Source: Catajapyx aquilonaris | Lineage: Eukaryota | Assembly (NCBI GenBank): GCA_000934665.2 | Contig: JYFJ02002979.1 | Coordinates: 1-47,754 of the forward strand | DNA: 47,754 bases | Direction: 5' to 3' | Notes under the pieces: model-generated | Told to the model about the DNA's origin: nothing | Seen by the model: the letters and a program-made list of their open reading frames with translations, nothing else | Databases searched by the model: none | Translations under genes and position numbers: made by a program | Shown: positions 35,624-47,754 of the stretch, in pieces | Position numbering within the stretch: the first letter of the stretch is position 1 | How the letters are laid out: each line of letters begins with the position of its first letter

Positions 35624-38600
35624 TCAGTCAAGGACCGAGCTTCTCCTTCCCATTGAGTCTAATATGGGTTGCTCTGTAGATATGAACTCCACTACAATCT
35701 TCTCACTGAAACTTTTGATTGAATCCTGGTTGGCTGTGAAGTTGTCATCCAATCTCTGCTCTTTTAATTCAACAAAGGTCATGCCAGCATCCTCATTTTG
35801 CACTATGTTGAAGTGAAGTTCCTCTTCTGGCACTCCCTGGGCCTGTTCACACAACTGCCCATTCTTGCCTCTCGTTGCTGGCACCACATCATTTGCATCA
35901 ACATCTTCGTGTGAGGCTAACAAATGGCGTCTAACTGCTCCTCTAGAGAAGTGCCAGAAAGGGCACTGTCGGCATCTGAACGTTTCGGTGGATTCAGCAT
36001 GACACCTTAGGCGGTGCTGATGAAGACTTGCCGGGCGACGAAATTTAGCTTCACACTTATCACACTTTTTCCACACTGAAGGGGCTGACTTTTGGATGGG
36101 TGTGGAAGTGCCACTGCTGGAAAGAAGCAGCAGAACATCTGAGATCAAGTCTTCTGAGGCCGAGTGACAATGCTCCAGTAAATGGTCCTTTATCTGGTCC
36201 ATATTTACATCTTCAGGCGATGTGAAAAAGTGGGCCTTGTAATGCCTGAAATGGGATTGGTACAGCTGTAAAAATTGCGAAGAAATAACAACTACATCTA
36301 TAAAAATAAACTGCAATATGCATATGCTTTTCAATGTAGGGAAACTTCCAACAACAATGGTACAATCAATTGTTCCTATTTAGTTATGGAAAGGCATTTT
36401 CATATAAATCAGCATTTTCCTTCTTAGAGTGTGGCAATGTACGTGTATTTTAAATGAGACCTTCAGCAGCAAATTCACACAGCCACTTTATTTTGCAAGT
36501 AAACATGACAATATTAAGAAGCAGCAGTGCTTGGAAACTGGCACAGCCGGGGTGTAACTGAGTGCAGGAAATCACATGCATGTTTTATTCCGACTCTACT
36601 CTGCATTATATATCGGTAGATAAAATGCAACCATTTTTTCACACATTAAATTAAATCAAAAACCATGCTTTTGTAATGACCTTGAAAGGGGGTTCAGTGG
36701 AAAAAAAGTGGTGGTGTGAATACACTTTCATGCAACTGAAGAGTAATTGTTCCAGTGCACCTGAATGCATTGCTTCTGTCCTGCTTCATATCCTTGTTGC
36801 ACCAAGGACAAGTCCCTCTAAGAAGGCTGCTTCTCCATGCTTGACCCTCTGGTGTCTTCATAACTCCATTGCAGACCCTACCCTGACCTGAGCGGGCCCC
36901 TTCCATCAGCTTTGTGATTAAATCTTCCAGGCCCTCCGGGGCTTCTTGGCCCGAACGTTCCACTTTCAGCTTGACATTGTCTCCATGACTCACACTGTGC
37001 TGCTTTATCTGAAAAAACAAGAGATGACAATTTAATATCGCAGGTGGAGTGTTTTCATATTATATTTGTGTCCTACTTCTCCAGCAGATAACCCCTGGTA
37101 GTCACAGTGTCCACACTTGAATGGCCGGTACCCATAGTGGGCATAAAAGTGGCGCCTCACGGTGGCAGCATGCCGCTGCACCTGCTTCCCACACAGCGGG
37201 CAGGTGAAGATGCGTCTTACTTTTCTCTGCTTCTGGAGGCTGGACTCCACAAAGTCAGCCAATGCTTGTCTCAGGCCCTGTGGTGGCTCAGACCCTGTCT
37301 CATGCACCAATGTGATGTCACCATCGTGACATGTCATACCATGTTGTCCAGCATCATCAAGTGACGTTGCCAAGTAATCACATGTTGCACACTTGTATGG
37401 GTAAAAGCCGTAGTGGGAAGCAAAATGATCTGCTGCAGCACCGGGAAGGCAGGAGACTTCACGGTCACATATCTGACATGGGTGCTGTGACTTAGCTGCA
37501 CTTGGTGAGGTTGACTTTATCACATGCGGTGGGAGTTCTGGATGCACAAATGCGGAGTGCACTCTTACTTTGGCCCGCTCCATGGAGCGATACTGACAGT
37601 GACCACACTTGAAAGGCTTGACCTGCTGATGAGTCTTGACATGCTTGTAGAAGGCTTTGGTGACAGTGCGCACACCACAGATGCAGGTTGTGTGCTTTGC
37701 TGTCTTCTCTGCAATGAAGTCTTGGACTCCAAGAGTGCTCCAAGGTGTGATAGGCTTGGATATGTCACTATCATCTTCTACATTGTCCCCTGTGCTCCTT
37801 GTCACATCAGTAGTGTTGGCTTCAATATCACATGCACTGCCAGTTGCACCACTAACTGGTTCAATCAAAGAATTGTCAGCTGAGATGCTAATAATGCCTT
37901 CTTCAGAAGTCATGCACACATCCCTGCTGGACATTGCCTCAGTATTCTCACCGTTAGAATCACCAAGTGTGGTGCCAATAACAGGCTCCATCTGAGAGTC
38001 ACCACTAGGATTATCACAGGACATGTCAGGTATTGAGAGCATGTTTACATCTTCATGAGCAGCAGTGCTGTTGTGGGACGAGTGTGTGTTGTCATGAGTC
38101 ACTGAATATGGCGTTGTGTCTGAGGTTTCACTGGGGTTAGTTCTGCCACTGTCCAATAATGTATCTCCTTGCTCCACCATTTCAACTTCTGATGGTTGTT
38201 CAGCTTCACTGGGTTGCATATTACACCACTGGTTTTCACTGACAGGTACTTCCGTTTCATCACCTTTTGCGTCGACTCTGACTTCTGGCAAGTTGTTAGG
38301 TGCCTTTTGCTTCAGTCCCTGAATGATGCTGTTTTCAGCAGGTTTGTCTTCCAGCACAATCTCGGGCAGCCCACGGTGAATCCTTGCCAGGTGACGTCGC
38401 ACATAGTACCGCTCACGGCTCTTAAAATCACAGTGTCCGCATTGAAATAGTACCCCTTCACCTAAGTGACGCTTCAAATGTCTTGTGTATGAAGCAGCAA
38501 ACTCACAAGTATAATCACAGTGAGGGCAGTCATATCTCCTACGCCACTTCCCAGGCACTGGATCATGTTTAGCATACTTTTGGCAGAGTTGAGACAATTC

Positions 38601-39425
38601 ATCATCAACACTTTCAGCAACCAGTGTGTCATTTTCATCAAGCTGTATGGTAACAATCTGTGGTTCCAATGACTTGTGTTTTGTTCGCAGATGGTGTGTA
38701 ACTTGCGCCTCCTGTGTTGATGTGTATGCGCAGTAGGCACACTTTTTGCGTACACGCCGATGAAGATCCATGTGCACTTTCAGATACTTAAATTTCTTCA
38801 TTGACTTGTCACATATGGGGCATTTCCACTTACTAAGTGCAGATTTATCGGCTACTAAAGAATCACCCTGCGATTCATTTTGGGTCGCCTCAGTTGAATC
38901 AACTGCCTTAGCATTGTAAACATATTCGAACAATTCCTTTGGATGCTTTTTGAGTGCATGCTGTTTCACTTGGTGTACATCACGTCCTTTAAACCCACAC
39001 CTGCCACACTGAAAAAGGTGTGACGTCAGCTCACACTTCCTCAGGTGACTAAAGAACACGTCACGCTCAAACACATCCTGGCAGTGTGGGCACTGCCGAC
39101 CTTTCCTGACCGGTTTGACTTGCACCTGCACTGCTTCACCACTGTGGCGAGTCCTCGCATGGGCCTTTGAGGCAGCATGCGTCGCAAAAGTGTGGTTGCA
39201 CTGAACGCAAACATATTTACACCCTCTGCGAGGCCCACACGACGCATCGACTGCAACAGAGCTGGAATCCACGATGGACTCTGCCACCCTCTGGAAGCCA
39301 TCCCCGTAATACTGCACGTAGTCCTCCAGGAAGCCACAGTCCAGCTGCGTCCCACACCCTCGTCGTGTCGTCGCTCCTCCTCGTCCAGCACCGTCATCTT
39401 CCTGGCCTTCTTCTGCCCCGTTCAT
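35624..39425 (-). CDS. Multi-C2H2 zinc-finger protein (~1072 aa)
   Basis: Exons 39425-37077, 37008-36761, 36245-35624 (3219 nt). Both introns split fingers that rejoin after splicing (CGHCDYQGLSAGE|IKQHSVSH and CPWCNKDMKQDRSNAFR|HYKAH). There are more than 15 CxxC...HxxxH motifs and a long acidic Ser/Thr-rich spacer. An upstream exon cannot be excluded. Confidence 0.88.
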
Positions 39426-39979
39426 CTTCGGTGCTTGTTAGTGAGGGTGGATAACCAGCTGGGAAGAACCTACCCTCAACTTGATCCGTGGTATGCGGAA
39501 GCGAACTTGCAGCGTCGCCACGGGGCATTCAAGGGGGCCAAATGGATCTGCACGTACAAAATACGTCCAGAAATGTGACACATTGTGTTCGGAGCAGTGA
39601 AAATGCGATGATACCACCGCTCAACCACACGCTACCGCCAATTTTTGTTCTTGACATGGTTACCAGATGCAGCATATTTTAGCGGCCTTTGTGACCAAGA
39701 TCTGTTGCAATATGCATATAAATATGTGTTTGCATAATTTATGTAATTTATTAACATGAATAAATGATCTCGCTTTTAAAGTGAATGATAATGACAATTC
39801 GGATCATTTGTGCCCCACCTTGGCCTGAGCACCTTGTGGGCAGTGGCGCCAAGTGATTGTAGAGGCGCCGTGTCCAGGTTGGTCAGCATTGTTTCAAACA
39901 AAAAGGACCGTTGAGCAGGGTAGGAGGAGCGGCCTCCTTCTCACCGGTGTCTGGTCCACACCAGGTGTGGGCTGACAAC

Positions 39980-42900
39980 ATGCCTCGGGTTCACGCCAGG
40001 GCCAAGAAGGTACTCGAGGCTCGCACCGATTGCTTTGAGAAGTTTCGTTTTATCCTCAGGCTGTGAATAGTTGACATTGAGCGTCATTGTTGGTCATTTC
40101 TATGATTCATATTTTCATACATGCCTGAAGTTAACTGTATTACTGTTAAAACGAGACCATTAAAATATAAACCAGTTTGATTTTATTTCTAGGCCACTGC
40201 AGTGCCTAGGAGTCAACAGAAGATCTCAAATTACTTTTCCAAGACTGACAGTAATGCCTATCTCCAGGGTGATGCCCAAAACACTCAGCATAAGATTTCC
40301 AAGTATTTTGTGCCCAAGACTGCAAATGCTGTGAAAGAGGCGAAGTCTGAAATTCCGGTGGTGGTGGTGGAGTCCCTCGACAGTGAATCTGAACTGGATA
40401 TTGTGCAGCCCACTCCCCAGAGGAGCAAACCATACAGCAAGAGGTTTCGCCACAGGTCAAAATCTAAAATGGTTTCACCTCCAGTTACTCCGGATGGCAA
40501 AAAGATTAGGATGGGCGCTATGGACTCGCCTGACTTGATTCCTCCTAGTCCGCAAAGTAGGAGGACTGGTACACGGCGGAGGTTGGCAGAAGGCAGGCAC
40601 TTCTCTAAGCTGTGTGATCCAAGTGTAATTGCCATCGAGAATAGTGCGTTTAGCAGCACACCCATGAAGGGTTCAGTGAATACATACTCTGACCTGAGTA
40701 ATTCAGTAAACGAATTGAATATCTCAAATGCCAGCGAGTGTTTTCTAGAGGCAATAGAGAAATGGGAAAAGGAAGAGAGCGAGAGAAATAACAAAAAACC
40801 GCTTTTCAACGCCTTAGATGGTGATAAAAAGAAAACCAAGCCTTCATTCAGTGACCCTGTTGAAGATATAGCGGATGACTTCAGGTGAGTTCAAGAGCTT
40901 TGGTGTAAGAAGCTGACGTATGAAACATTCCTGTCTCTTTCAGCACCCAGTGCACATGCTCGCAGAGTAGATTGTCTCAAGCTGAGTTAATGGCAGAGGA
41001 ATTTGGCCGCCATGTGGTCAGAGGTGTTGAGACATTTGGGTCCCAAGAGTTGCAGCTATTGGTGGAGCCAGTGGGGGAACCCTTTCTCCGAACATGCATT
41101 TTGAAGGGATTCTGGTGAGATATCTGACTTGCCTGTAAATGGATTCACTTTTCTTGAATATCCTCACATGTGACATCTTACTTACCCTTAATTTAAAATG
41201 AAAAGCAACTCTGTATAGGGGTGAAGGGAAACTCGTAGACAATCGCCAGTAGACTGATAGTACTCGTAAAACTAATATAGGGATGTGCAATTAGTTTTGG
41301 GTGCCATTGCATAGTTACTGTGCTGTCAAAGTTTCGTGACGTCATATCCGTTCCACCAGCTTCTTAGCAAAAGTCAGTTTGAGGGCTTCCAGTCCCTTAC
41401 CTTGGTCCCCTAACACATTGCCCATGCCCCATGTGCAAAAAGCGATCGGATCCCGTCAGAGTAAGAATCCGGGTATGACACCCATGCACTGTGTCGTTTT
41501 TGCCTCATATTCCACTTTCTGGCTCTCTACACTTCAAGGGCGCCATATGCATTAACTACGCAATGGAGCCAAAAACTAATTGCACATCCTTATATTTGTT
41601 TCTCGAGTACTATGCGTTTCCCTTCACCCTGTATATCATGCCTCATGACATTTTAATTTCCACACAGGCAAAACACCCAGGTGAATGAAGGTGACATTGT
41701 GCACATACAGACGGAATGGGACACTGACCAGAGAGGAGTTGTTGACAATGACCAGGGCTACATTGTGGTCAAGCCTGACCACTTGTTGGCAGGCACAAGT
41801 GTTGTTGGGTCTGTATTCTGCATGCGCAAGGCGGTTCTGTCATCCTGGTATAGACGAGCCGATGGTACCTCTGCGGACATGTTTGTTGGAACACTTATTC
41901 ATCGTCTCTTGCAAGAGGTAACGTGTCTTACGCCTGCCAATGAGTGTGACTATTAGTGCGAGAACCAAGCTTTGCTTATCAAATAGAGTACAAAAGATCT
42001 GTGTTCTCTGCACTTTTTGATGTGGATTATCATAAAATGGAAATTGCTTGATAAGGCCTCTTTTGAATGATGGCTTTATTTGAAGTTATTTGTCTTCCAA
42101 AATGGTCAAAGAAACTACAAGGTGTACTGAAAATTTAACCTATTCTGTTGGAAAAGTAGATAACTCCTGAACTAAATGTTAAATAGGTTTCTGTTTGCTT
42201 TCTTGTGATACATGATGGCATTTTTGGGCAATTGAGGGAATGATTTAAATGTTAAAGGAGTGGTCTATTCTAACGGAATGCAGACTTATTCTAAATTTTT
42301 GCGAGCAGGCATTGAAGGAGAGACAACATTCCCTACCAGAGCTTCGACATATTCTTGATGGCTTCCTCAAAGAGCCAGGAGTGGTGGAGGACATGTATGG
42401 CCTGGGCATGAGTCGTGTGGAGTTCAGAAAGAAGCTTGATATTTTTATACCTCGCCTGAGTGACTTTATGAGTGAGTATGTGAAAGGAATTCCACTTCAA
42501 CTCTCCCAAGAAGATAAACAGAAAAGGGAAAAGAGAGCCCAGGGTGGACACCGACAATGGGATGGTCAAATTGTGAAAGTTTGTGACATTGAGGAGACAA
42601 TTTGGTCACCCCGATTTGGAATCAAAGGGAATATAGATGCCAGTGTTGGGGTCAAGTTAAAGCGGAAGGACCGATCCGGCAGGAGTGGCAAGGTACAAAT
42701 TAGTTAATTTTTGTTAGTGCACCACAGAATTGTACCAAGCTGCTTACATTTTAGATAGTTCCTTTGGAATTGAAGACTGGGAGGTCATCCTTCTCAGCTG
42801 AGCACAAAGGTCAAGTGATGCTCTACAGCCTGATGATGGGTGACAGGAGAGAGGATCCTGATGGGGGCCTGCTCTTGTACTTGAGGTACATTATGCTGTG

Positions 42901-45900
42901 TTGAGGAAAAAAGTTCACTAAATTAATTTCATGTGATTAAATTTACACTTTAATTTGTTGTGGGAGTCTCCTGCTTTCTGTTGGGGTTTACAAAAAAAAA
43001 AAAAACATTTTTATGAGTTATGTATTTTTAGCTTATTGTTAACTCCAAATAGCCCAAAGCTGCCTGACCTTTAACTTATTTTTAATCATTCCAATAATAG
43101 GGATGGTGCTTTGTCGGAAGTGTTAGTGGAGCCAAGGGAGCGTCGTGGTTTGATCCAGCTCCGGAATGAGATGGTCCACTACCTGACAGCTGACCCAGAA
43201 ATCTCAGGAGATTTGCCATTCCTCCCCCCGCCCATTCTAAGTGACTTTGCATGTGGATCCTGCCCATTCAACACGGTGTGCTCTGCATTAAACACGACTG
43301 TGCCAGGCTATGTTTCCTGCAAGCCACTGAATCAAGCTATAGCCCACTTGTCAGAGTCGCACATAGCATACCTCTGTCACTGGGACCGGCTCCTCCGGTT
43401 AGAGGCTTCTTCAGACAGAGGAAAATCAGCAGGCAACATTTGGTGCCAGCCGCCACTTGAGAGGGCTAGGAAAGGCCAGTGCATCACTCCAGCCATGTTG
43501 GAAGATACCATTTTAGTCAGTGGAGAGAATTACGATCATGTGTTTGGAGCAGGGTGCCCGCATGCAGAAATGCGGAAGGTCACATGGGAACGAGGCGAGG
43601 TTATAATTGTAAGCACTGACAGGGATGTTGCCCTGGCCACTGGGACACTTAAGGAGGTGGGCATGAACACCATCACAATCACTATTGACAAGTAAGTCAC
43701 ACTCATTTACTCATACTGAGACAATCATCTGCTGCAGTTGAATGTTATTGGCTTCTCTGATATTTTCAGGAACCTTGGCGGTGGCAGGTACTTGCACACC
43801 ATCTTCCACCTTGATCGGGCTGAATTTATGGGTGCAGCTGCAACCAATTTTGGAAACTTGGCCACTCTAATGGCAGATACCCCTGAATCTTCTCGACTTC
43901 GATCCCTCGTGATAGACCGCACGCATCCAACCTTTTCTCATACTATGAAGCGGGAAGTAGTGACCCGTGGTGGCAACATCATTAAAACCCTGAACAAGCA
44001 GCAACAACGGGCTGTTCTTAAGGCCATTGCAGCCAAAGATTATGTTCTAATTGAAGGGATGCCTGGAACTGGGAAAACATCAGTCATAGTGGCACTTATA
44101 AGGGTTCTAGCTGCATTGGGAAAATCAGTGCTGCTTGCATCATACACTCACATGGCAGTTGATAATGTGCTGCTTAAGCTGAAGGAACATGGGTTGCTAG
44201 TTGTTCGGATGGGAAGGGAAGGCAGGGTGCATCCTGAGCTAAGAGGCATCTGTTCAGTGAATCTGACAGCGAAAATGTCTAATCCTGAAGAACTGGAACA
44301 GTTTTACAACAACGTTCAGGTGGTAGCCACCACTTGCTTAAGCATGCGTGACCATGTCTTTGTAAAGCGAAGATTTGATTACTGTGTGCTAGATGAGGCA
44401 GGTCAGGTGCTGCAGGCTTCAGCACTGGGACCACTCTTCAGATCTCAAACATTTGTGCTAGTGGGAGATGCGCAACAACTGCCACCACTGGTACAGAACA
44501 AGTCTGCTAGGTTTGTTGTCGTTGTGTTTTTCCTTCCTTTTCTTGCATGGTGGGAAACAACTCTTTCCCACACAATTGGAAGTCGAACCTAAACTTAGTG
44601 TCATTTAATCATTGGCCTGTTGCATCATTGTCAAGTTTACCACAATACGCAAGACTTTTACCATATGTTTTGTTTTACCTTTTTTTTTAGAGCCCAGGGC
44701 ATGACGGAGAGTTTGTTCTCACGCCTGCAGAGGGATTCTAACACAGTGACCCTGGTCCACCAGTACCGCATGAATCGCACTGTGATGAGTATAGCCAACC
44801 GACTTGTTTATGAGGAGAAGCTGGAATGTGGAAGCGAGAAGGTGGCCCAGCTCAGGCTGAAACTTCTTGGGAAAGTTGAAGGAGAGGCTGAGTGGCTGCA
44901 GGAGGCTCTCTCCTGCAGGTTGGAAGATGCTGTGTCCTTTCTGGACACCAGTCAGTTGCCTTGCGGCAAGGTTGATGGGCGGGATGGCATCATCTGCAAT
45001 GCTCAAGAAGCACAAATTGTCCAAGATATTGTGGATGCCCTTCACAAGGTGAGTGTTGTGAACAACTGGTTTATGTACGGTTGGTTTGTGTTTGAAAGCA
45101 GTTGTGTGGCATAATAGGGTTCTAGCACTGGTCTGGAATCTATCCCTTTCTCCCTTTTTTCTGTTTGTTTGTCCTAGATAATTAGTTCATATCCTGAATG
45201 ATTCATCCCATGCACTTCAAGCAAAATCTTCTCAGCAGTACATAGCGCAGAAAATTTCCAAAGTAAAAAATATGCCACAAATTAATTTATGTTGATACAT
45301 GCCGATGTCACAGGTGCCAACAACAGGCGTATGCACTGCTCGCAAAGTTCAGTACTATATGAAAAATTATTTGCCATGTGATTTCTGTTGGCTTGCATAA
45401 ACTAAGCTACTTGTGGAATATGCTTTTGGAATTATGCTTTTTTTTCATTTTATGATTATTGTGATGCTTGTTTTTAAAGCAGACTGATGACTTGTGATGC
45501 AACTGTCCCTCCTGCTGCATTAATCCATGCATGTGTGTGTCCACCTAAATGCCATCCTGAGACTGCCACATTTTAATCGTTGTGACTTTCCAACCTTGTG
45601 ACATTTCCCTTCAATGGCAAGTATGTTGATACATTCCTTAACCTTTTTGGAGTATTCTGTACCCCTCACCTGACCAAAGATACATCACATTTTGTATGTG
45701 ACATTTGTGAATTTCAGTCGACATTTTGCCAAATATGACATTTTCCATTTAATTTTTCAGGGCGGCATTAAAGATGAATCGGTGGGTGTGATTGCACCAT
45801 TTAGAGCCCAGGTGGCCGTACTTAAGAAAGTCTTGTCTCACCGATCACAAGTGGAAGTCAGCACTGTTGACCAGTACCAAGGACGAGACAAGGATGTAAT

Positions 45901-46144
45901 AGTCTGCTCTTTAACACGTGCCATAAAGGAATCTAGGCAAAGGCCTGGAACTGAAACAGAGATTTTGAATGATCTTAGACGTTGGAATGTAGCATTTACC
46001 AGGGCTAAGAAGAAGCTCATATGCATTGGTAATGCCAGTGCATTACGAAAATACAAGCCGTTTGAAGCCTTGCTGGATATCCTTAGGCAAGATCAAGCTG
46101 TCATCACACTTGTGGATGGGCAGAAGGGTTTTGCCAAGCTGTGA
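39980..46144 (+). CDS. DNA2: DNA replication ATP-dependent helicase/nuclease DNA2 (~1243 aa)
   Basis: Exons 39980-40009, 40193-40884, 40944-41114, 41668-41917, 42309-42692, 42755-42885, 43101-43691, 43770-44510, 44691-45048, 45761-46144 (3732 nt). Fe-S cysteines FCMRKAVL and [10 protein letters not shown], nuclease GTLIH...[18 protein letters not shown]...PLELKTG, SF1 helicase [45 protein letters not shown]. The first micro-exon is less certain. Confidence 0.95.
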
Positions 46145-47040
46145 ATTAATTTATTTCTTTAGGCCTTTTATGCTCAATTTTAGATGCATTTATTCAGTTT
46201 ACTTGTCTACTGCCCATTTGCATGAGTTGAAAATCATGGGCCGGATGTGATTTTTTCATGTGTTCAGATTACTTAGTAAGGGTGACATGTAACTGCTCTT
46301 TAAATGTGGTATTAATAATCTCGAATAAATACATTACTTTTTTTGGTGATTTTTGTAAACAAAGTATGTGTGACTTTTATTATGTGATGTTGAGTTTGGA
46401 AGTTGCATTTCTTCTCAATTGATATTTTAGTCTTATTGCAAAGTGTAATAAAAGTCCTATGAGGGTTGTGACATTTGGGAACTTACTCGCATAGCAATGG
46501 TACGTTACCCATTACTTACTTCAATTTGCATCAATAGTAATTGAGCAGAATAACTGAATGTTTAGGTACCATTATTAATTGAGCGAAAACCCTCCATTTT
46601 GAGCTTCTTCCATCCCCTTTTCATACAGGCTTTTTACATTGCGAATTTCTAAGAATTTGCCCTAGTTTAGTTAGATCGCTGTACTGTACTCTACACTCCT
46701 GCACTGGTGATCCAGCTCATCCTGCTCGCCAGGCCACCCACCAAAGGATCATGCTACATGGGTCACTTGGTCTGCAGGATTAGCCTGTCACTAGACAGAG
46801 CATATTTCGAAACTTAACAAGCATTTAGCTCTGCAATGAGGGGCGGAGAGGAGAAGGAAGAGGAGAAATTTTTTGGGGAAATTTTTAAGACACCTGCTTA
46901 ATGGGAGGGGGCGGTCACTTTTTTCGAAGAAAAAAGTCAAAGAAATAAAAAGTCAATTAAATGATCGAAGTGGCTTCGCTTTTCTCCCCTCCCTCCCTTT
47001 CCTCCCCCACTCCACCCCTCCCCCCCCCCTCTTCGCTGCT

Positions 47041-47134
47041 CCTTGGGTCATATCTGGCACACCATTTAGTGCAATTTTTATATTTCCTGTAAGTGCCAAA
47101 TGTCACTAAATGGTGTGCCAGATATGACCCAAGG
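47041..47134. repeat. Perfect 31-bp inverted repeat with 32-bp spacer (mini-MITE or hairpin)
   Basis: CCTTGGGTCATATCTGGCACACCATTTAGTG (47041-47071) and its exact reverse complement (47104-47134). Confidence 0.85.
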
Positions 47135-47360
47135 GGCATTACAGGGATATATCACATGAAAAGAAATGCTAACATTTTTTTTTTTCTGGCACACGAATAT
47201 TTTTTAAAGAATATACTGAAACACAAATTATCACATTCTTTTGCTTATTAGCACACTAAAAAAAATGTAACCTAAATCAAATATTTATGGTGATTGTTGA
47301 ATTTTGTGGGGCCCTTTCTTTACAATAAGTACATGCTGGAGAGAGTGTCAGTATCGAAGT

Positions 47361-47432
47361 AGCGCAGTGGTTTAGTGGTTAAGACTCTCTCTTCGTAACC
47401 TGAAGGTTGAAGGATCGAATCCTGAAAGGAAG
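47361..47432 (+). mobile_element. tRNA-derived SINE head or tRNA pseudogene
   Basis: A-box TGGTTTAGTGG (47368-47378) and B-box GGATCGAATCC (47412-47422) at tRNA spacing, but the acceptor stem does not pair. Confidence 0.55.
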
Positions 47433-47562
47433 ACGCCATTTCTTTTTATCGCCATGGACCTTTCCCGCTGTTTATACTTCATCTCTCATTTCACATTTAT
47501 TTCTCTTTGAAGTGCATCTGGTAAATAGGCTAGACCCTTCCAACACTCACACTCTCGTTGCA

Positions 47563-47636
47563 CCAGAGCGTGGCTCTGAGGTAGCGCATCAGACTCTCAA
47601 TCGGGAGATGTGGGTTCAAATCCCGTGTCTCCTTGG
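47563..47636 (+). mobile_element. Second tRNA-like unit (SINE head or pseudo-tRNA, CTC anticodon-like loop)
   Basis: A-box TGGCTCTGAGG (47571-47581), anticodon-arm-like TCAGA-CTCTCAA-TCGGG, B-box GGTTCAAATCC (47613-47623). The acceptor stem is imperfect. Confidence 0.55.
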
Positions 47637-47682
47637 TTGAGAGTCAGAAAAAAAATATTTGCAGCCGACATCTCTGGCCAAG

Positions 47683-47754
47683 ATGGCGACTGTTCCTTCG
47701 CAGTTTCCCCAACACTTCTTCAGAGGTGTTAGAGGAGCAGCAGCGAAGAGGGGG
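47683..47754 (+). CDS. Possible first coding exon of a downstream gene, truncated by the window edge
   Basis: CCAAGATGGCG context (strong Kozak, YY1-like motif) opens MATVPSQFPQHFFRGVRGAAAKRG, which has no acidic residues and resembles a presequence. Too short to identify. Confidence 0.35.
   Translation, partial: MATVPSQFPQHFFRGVRGAAAKRG

Noticed and set aside
41335..41495. GC-richer patch in DNA2 intron 3, possible extra exon or retroelement piece
   Set aside because: The flanking exons splice in frame without it, and I could not assign termini or a family.
46133..46144. DNA2 ends in -AKL, a PTS1-like tripeptide
   Set aside because: DNA2 is a nuclear/mitochondrial enzyme and a 3-residue match is easily chance. 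It would need conservation in orthologues.
47361..47636. Functional tRNA genes
   Set aside because: Acceptor stems do not pair properly, so they are reported as SINE heads or pseudo-tRNAs.
1..47754. Prokaryotic-style systems (operons, CRISPR arrays, defence islands)
   Set aside because: All recognisable genes are split by spliceosomal introns, and no regularly spaced repeat-spacer array was seen.

Overview
Gene-dense eukaryotic (invertebrate, probably arthropod-like) genomic DNA with short GT-AG introns. It is not prokaryotic, and most ORFs in the track are exon fragments or shadows. I spliced exons by hand and checked that the summed exon lengths stay in frame. In order: the last two exons of an ERK MAP kinase (+), STK36/Fused kinase (+), ALDH7A1 (+), ERAL1 (-), SWAP70/DEF6-like (+), ASPDH (-), DRC2/CCDC65 (+), an AidB/ACDH-11-like acyl-CoA dehydrogenase (+), NOC4L (-), a ~1072-aa multi-C2H2 zinc-finger gene (-), DNA2 (+), and possibly the start of another gene at the right edge. 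Introns hold many small non-autonomous DNA transposons (hAT, PIF/Harbinger, Tc1/pogo-type MITEs) and tRNA-derived SINE-like pieces. The most unusual non-coding feature is a ~700-bp intronic insert at 17.35-18.06 kb that folds into two long imperfect hairpins and is bounded by an 11-bp direct repeat. The most notable protein-level feature is a pair of canonical PCNA-binding PIP boxes in the N-terminal extension of DNA2. No clearly new multi-gene system can be shown from the sequence alone.
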